Below, piece after piece: positions 58,871-64,000 of a stretch of DNA of 64,000 nucleotides; the stretch's first letter is position 1; each line of letters opens with the position of its first letter. Source of the stretch: the human T2T-CHM13v2.0 reference genome, Homo sapiens; the NCBI RefSeq assembly GCF_009914755.1, contig NC_060926.1, one strand, 5' to 3'. Both the position numbers and the translations under genes were made by a program. The notes below the pieces were generated by a model, which saw nothing but the letters and a program-made list of their open reading frames with translations, was not told the DNA's origin and searched no databases.

Positions 58871-59854
58871 CCATATGTACAATAAATATTATTGTGATTT
58901 TTAATCTTTACTCTTCTGTGAAGAAAACACAGGTGTGATTTCTAGTGTAGCTGCACATCTTTTATTTGACAATATTGCACTTGTGTGTCGGTGTGTGGGT
59001 GTGTAGCTACTCTTTAATTTTGTTCTCACATAATGATTAGATATTAACAATTAATTCAGTAAAATGTATGTTTTGCAATATTTCTCCATGATATTATGCT
59101 TTAAATTAGTTTAATCATGCCCCTATAATGTGTACATTTTAACCTTTGACAATAGGTCTCAATCTTACTTTGATTCCTGTATTTGAATTTATGCTAATGA
59201 AGTCCTACAGCTGAAAAAGATTATATAAACTTATCTACATTTTTACTAGTATTCTGGTGTCATTTTACATTATGTAATGAAATCAAATTTTAATTTGGAT
59301 TATTGTTATCTGAGTTAAGGATCTAAATTTGTAATTTTCTTATAAATATTACATAATTATTTCTGAACCATATATTGACTAATCTGCCCTTTATATGATG
59401 TGCATTATAAGAGCTTGGGATTGTTTCATTTGCAAAGATGAATGCTTGAGAAGTAGATAATTAATCATAACATTTCAAAATCTACTGGATAACCTAGAAT
59501 TGAAAAATAGCCTATAGGTTGAAAAACTCCTGTAGTGAAGAAAGAAAATAACTAATATACAGTGACAATATAAATATTATAAGTATTTATTTTATTATCG
59601 TCCTGAAATTTGATAATACAAACATGTACTATCTACATATCATCCATATATCAGGTCAGAAAAAATCAATACATTCTTCAAAAATTTAGCATAACAGAAA
59701 ATGCACTCTCTCTCCTTCATGGAATTAAGTTACAAATAAAAGTAAAAATAAGTAGATAAGTAGATGGAAGTAGATGTTTAAAAACAAAGAAAAATATTTG
59801 TTTTGGATAACATAAAATCTCAATTGACAGTTCCAATATTTCCAGAACTTTGAC

Positions 59855-60042
59855 TGTCAACTTGCGGAGAGTTTTCCCCAGGAGACATTTGTCAATGTCT
59901 AGGGTTATTGTGGGGATGTCAAGACTGGTGGAGGTGTGAAATGTAGAGGTCAAACCAAACACCTAGCATTGCTAGGGAAGCCTCCCACAACAAAGAATCC
60001 TCTGGTCCTAAAGGTAAGTAGCACCAAGGTTGAGAAACCATA
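59855..60042. mobile_element. MER20 hAT DNA transposon
   Basis: ccccaggagacatttgtcaatgtct...cccacaacaaagaat...aggttgagaaacc. Confidence 0.82.
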
Positions 60043-60154
60043 ATCTAGACAGTAAACACTACGTAGCTATTCCAAGTGCTCAGGAAAACACATCAGTGCC
60101 CTCGAGGGGAAAAGTGTAAACACTTTAATTGCTGTACATGGTGACACAAATCCA

Positions 60155-60610
60155 TGTTGTTAATCTAAGTGGAAGGGGCTGAAGCACACAACGTAATTCA
60201 AAGAGTTTACTTGAGCCACGATGAGGACAGCTGCCTGGAAGAAACAGACCCAAGTATCCTTGGATATGAACTCCCTTTGGAGCTTTGCAACAAGCAGTTT
60301 CTTAAAGGCAAAAAAGGGTCCAGAAGTGGGATGATCCAAAGAGGTTTGTCACAAATTCTCATTGGCTTATGGAAATAACATTTATTAGTGACTGGCTATA
60401 CACTGTTACACTATTATTGGGTGTGGATTATAGTGTCTGGTGTGGCGTTATTGGTTAATTTATAGCTACTGTGGCAACAGCAAGCAGCCTAGATGAACAC
60501 ACAGCTCAAAGAGGAGCAGGACAGAACTGCCGTCTCATTTGAATATCTCTCTGGGCCTGATTATTTAAAAGGACTTGCATTTCTCACATGAAAGTTATTT
60601 TCTTTTCTCC
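60155..60610 (-). mobile_element. MER65-like (MER4-group ERV1) solo LTR
   Basis: Reverse complement begins gagaaaagaaaataactttcatgtgagaaatgcaagtccttttaaataatcaggcccagagaga. Confidence 0.6.
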
Positions 60611-60779
60611 ATGTCCATAAATGAGAATAAATAGACGTAAAATAGATCTTTTCGAGGATGAAGTAAATGGAATGAAAAACAAAACCCAAGCTGACCAGAA
60701 ATCATAGAGGGAAGAAAAGGTTATAAATATATGGATTTTTCAAAGTGATTTTAAGCTATTAGGAATCAGTTAAATGTTG

Positions 60780-61341
60780 GGGGATTTTGTCTGAGAATGG
60801 GCTAAAGGAGAATGTCCCTTTTGCCTTCTGAAGTTTCCCTGAAAATCACTAATAGGAGGCAGATACATAGTAGAAAAGGCATACAGGTTTCTGCAATGTG
60901 TGTACACTGGAGCCCTTAGAACGAAGACCCAGACACACGATGCGTGCAGAAGCTTATCTACCACATGAAGTTTACAGAAAGAATGGGGTCTTGGATCACA
61001 GGGAAAAAAAAAAAAAGGTTATGTGAGAAAACGACCCTGGCTAGCAAGAGTGGACTTATTACATAGGTGGAACCTCACTGGGAGCAGTCCTCAGAGAGAA
61101 TGGACAGAAAATGTTTCTTTCAGACCTTTGGAGACCTCAGACTCTCAGTTAACCTTTCCTAGATCCAGACAAGGGGGCAGACCTCAGAGAAAGCCTGGCT
61201 GCATCAAGGCAGATTCTCTACCAATGCAAATCTCCCCAAGACAGCTTTGCAGCTATGTTAGCATTTCCAGCCCTTCTCAATAGCCATTTTGAAATATATC
61301 AAGGAAATATATTTAGGGGTAAAATATATTAGTTTCCTTCA
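60780..61341 (-). mobile_element. MER34-group ERV1 solo LTR
   Basis: Reverse complement begins tgaaggaaactaatatattttacccctaaatatatttccttgatatatttcaaaatggctatt. Confidence 0.65.
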
Positions 61342-61369
61342 TACAGCTATAAAACATACAGGAATAATT

Positions 61370-62900
61370 TTTGTCAATGTCTACTACAAATCCAATATAG
61401 CAGTAATTATAAAACCCACCAGATATCGAAGAAAAAATATGTAGAGTACATCAATTACCAATGTTGATACTAAAATGCCAAATAAAATAAAAATAATATC
61501 CAACAATATTTGAAAGAGTAAGACAAGAAATTGGCAAAAAATAAAACAAATATCCACCTTGGAGATGAAAGTGTGTTTCCAAATTTGGTAATCCAATAAT
61601 ATTAATAATCATGTTGATTAGCACAAATTAAAAATAAATAGGGGATTCTCAGTACATGCTAAAATATATTTATTAAAAGGCAATATTCATGACTTTAAAG
61701 ATTTTAAATGCTCTAAAGAGTCTGATATTCTATATGCAAATATGTGTATGTCCACTACAAGAAGAGAGGCCTGATTTTCATGTGTTACTACATAGAGATA
61801 GAGAAGTGGATAGATTAATTTGCATATGCATAGAGAAAGCATAAAATAGAAATTTACTATCATATTAAAGGAATTTAAATTCAACAATAAAATAATTCAA
61901 AGGTAAAATTTTAACTATTTTTAACAGGTACATTATTAATATTAGATAATATTTATAATAATTGTGAAAATATTCAATGCTAAAATAAGATAGTATGTCT
62001 AAACACCAGTATTAAAACTAGTATAAATATTTGCTTGTTTATACAAGGAAAATTCAAGCTTGACCTAAAATTATATAGGAAAGAAAAGAAAAATTTTAAG
62101 GGAGCTCTTTAACAACATAAACATATATATATACACACACACATATAACATGTATATATGTTATATGGGATAGATATAGATTTAACATGTTATATCTATA
62201 TTTGTATCTGTAACTACAGCTGTATGTATCTACATTTCTATATATTTACTCTGATATAAATATAGACTGGAATAAATATAAAGGCACATATGATTCTTGG
62301 ATTAAAAGGATTTAGTATCATAAAGACAAATTCTTTCCAAATTCACCTATGAATTCACAACAATATACAGTTTCATTAGTATAATTTAAAATTTTTAAAT
62401 AAATTCCAAGATTCATTTAAAGGAATATACATATATACAAGCAGTCAAGAAAGAAGCAAGAGTGCACTAAACTAACTTGCTTTTAAAATACACTTTTAAA
62501 CTTAGCAACTAAAACTGAGCAGTACTGATTTGGAGTACTGGAATTTAGGTATATGGGATCTCAAAAGCACAGAGCTCAAAGGAGACCGCTGTATGCACGA
62601 GAGCTTAGGATGTGCTTTAGAAGGCATTACCAAACCACGGGAAAAGTTACTTTAGTGTCTTAGTCTTACTAGGTTTGAAAAGCCAGAAAAAAGACTCAAA
62701 ACCACCATATAAGAGCAAAACAAAAGGACAGGGAGAGAATGTGAAGATACTGAAACATTTTACATAAAGTTGTATAAAACATCCTTTAAGGAAAATGTAA
62801 AGTTTAGGATATTCATCAAAATCAGCAGAGCCACTAAATAAATAAATAGGCATTGTAAAATAGCAAGAGAAAATTTAAATGGATTTCTAAAAAATATTGA
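61370..62900 (+). mobile_element. Highly degenerate L1 ORF2 fragment
   Basis: A-rich strand; atatgattcttggattaaaaggatttagtatcataaaga and ttccaagattcattta resemble L1 ORF2 segments. Confidence 0.5.
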
Positions 62901-63239
62901 CACCTATGATTTTTAAAATATGTTTAAGAAATCCCGTATTTCACAGGGCAGCCTTTCACAACACAGATATGTTAGGACATAAAGGTCTTTCTGTTTTTAA
63001 TTTACTAGTGTTTATAGGGTTACAAATGTCTTCTACCCTTGTCTTTTGTCTGATGGTGCAAAAAATTTTCATAAGCATGTATTTCTGAATGCCTGATGGA
63101 TTGACATATATAATATGCTGCTAGTATTAAAATATGTGACGGAAAACGCATCCAATCTTCTCACTGTTTACATAAATTCTAGGTTTCTCCTATTTACCTC
63201 AAGCACGTATGGAGCGAATTCTTACCTTGTAATATTGCC

Positions 63240-63660
63240 ATGGCATTCACATTGAACATAAGTTGAACTCTCTCATATGGTAGCTGGGTTCAGATTCCCT
63301 TGACAATTTCCAGTTCTAACCCTCACAGTTCCTCAGTGTGGCTGGCCCAGATATTGACCCTACACAGTTGCCTCCTCCTGGTGACTACCAGCTATGGAAC
63401 CGTTGGATACAACCTACCTGACTCACCCCACAGACCTCACAGCGCACATGGACAGCCCCCACACGCCAGAGCGACCTGCTCGGTTGCAGCGGGAGTCAAG
63501 AAATGTGCCTGCTGGCACTCACCCCACCGACTAGTGCCCCGTGGAAAACTTATTTGGGTAATGTTCTGGGCCCAATGAAGTCTGGAGTCCCACAGACCCT
63601 TTTCTCTCTCCAGCTCCCCACTCATCTTCCCCATTTTGTTCAGCCTTGTAAGGTGTGCTA
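63240..63660 (+). mobile_element. MER74/MER73-like ERVL LTR
   Basis: ggatacaacctacctgactcaccccac, catggac, gtgcctgctggcactc, tttgggtaatgttctgggcccaatgaag. Confidence 0.7.
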
Positions 63661-63661
63661 C

Positions 63662-64000
63662 TGTATTAGTCCATTTTCACACCGCCAGTAAAGACATGCC
63701 CAAGACTGGGTAATTTCCAGAAGAAAGAGGTTTAATAGACGCACAGTTCCACATAGCTGGGTAGGCCTCACAATCATGGTGCAAGGTGAAAGGCACGTCT
63801 CACATGGCAGCAGACAAGAAAAGAGAGCTTGTGCAGGGAAACTCCTCTTTGTAAAACCATCAGATCTTGTGAGACTTATTCACTATCAGAAGAACAGCAT
63901 GGGAAAGACCTGCCCCCACGATTCAATTTCCTCCCACCTGTTCCCTCCCACAACATGTGGGAATTCAAGATGAGATTTGGCTGGGGACACAGCTAAACCC
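63662..64000 (-). mobile_element. THE1 (B/C-like) MaLR LTR
   Basis: tgtattagtccattttcac...gaaagaggtttaat...ggcctcacaatcatgg...aaaaccatcagatcttgtgagacttattcactatca...gagatttggctggggacacagc. Confidence 0.93.

Overview
Human or great-ape pericentromeric DNA; there is no intact conventional protein-coding gene. Most listed ORFs are artefacts of satellite and low-complexity repeats. 1-25409 is a large inverted duplication: 1-8268 mirrors 17142-25409, position p pairs with 25410-p, and the left arm probably continues beyond the window. Each arm runs old L1 fragment, then (GGAAT)n with an embedded Alu fragment, then HSat2 (HSATII). The arms enclose an 8.87-kb HSat2 spacer with an off-centre strand switch near 8568 and nested tandem duplications of about 0.3, 0.4 and 1.73-1.75 kb. 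25.4-42.9 kb is AT-rich DNA full of old interspersed repeats. 43.0-44.25 kb is a GCTTTTTGC-type GC-rich minisatellite fused to an unprocessed KSR1 exon-1 pseudogene (start codon lost, in-frame TAG, splice donor intact). Next come a (GAAAT/GAT)n array and a full-length L1PA3/4 with dead ORF1 and ORF2, an open antisense ORF0 and no evident target-site duplication. The rest is old L1, LTR and DNA-transposon debris. Repeat subfamily names come from recalled consensus sequences, and boundaries of old elements are approximate.
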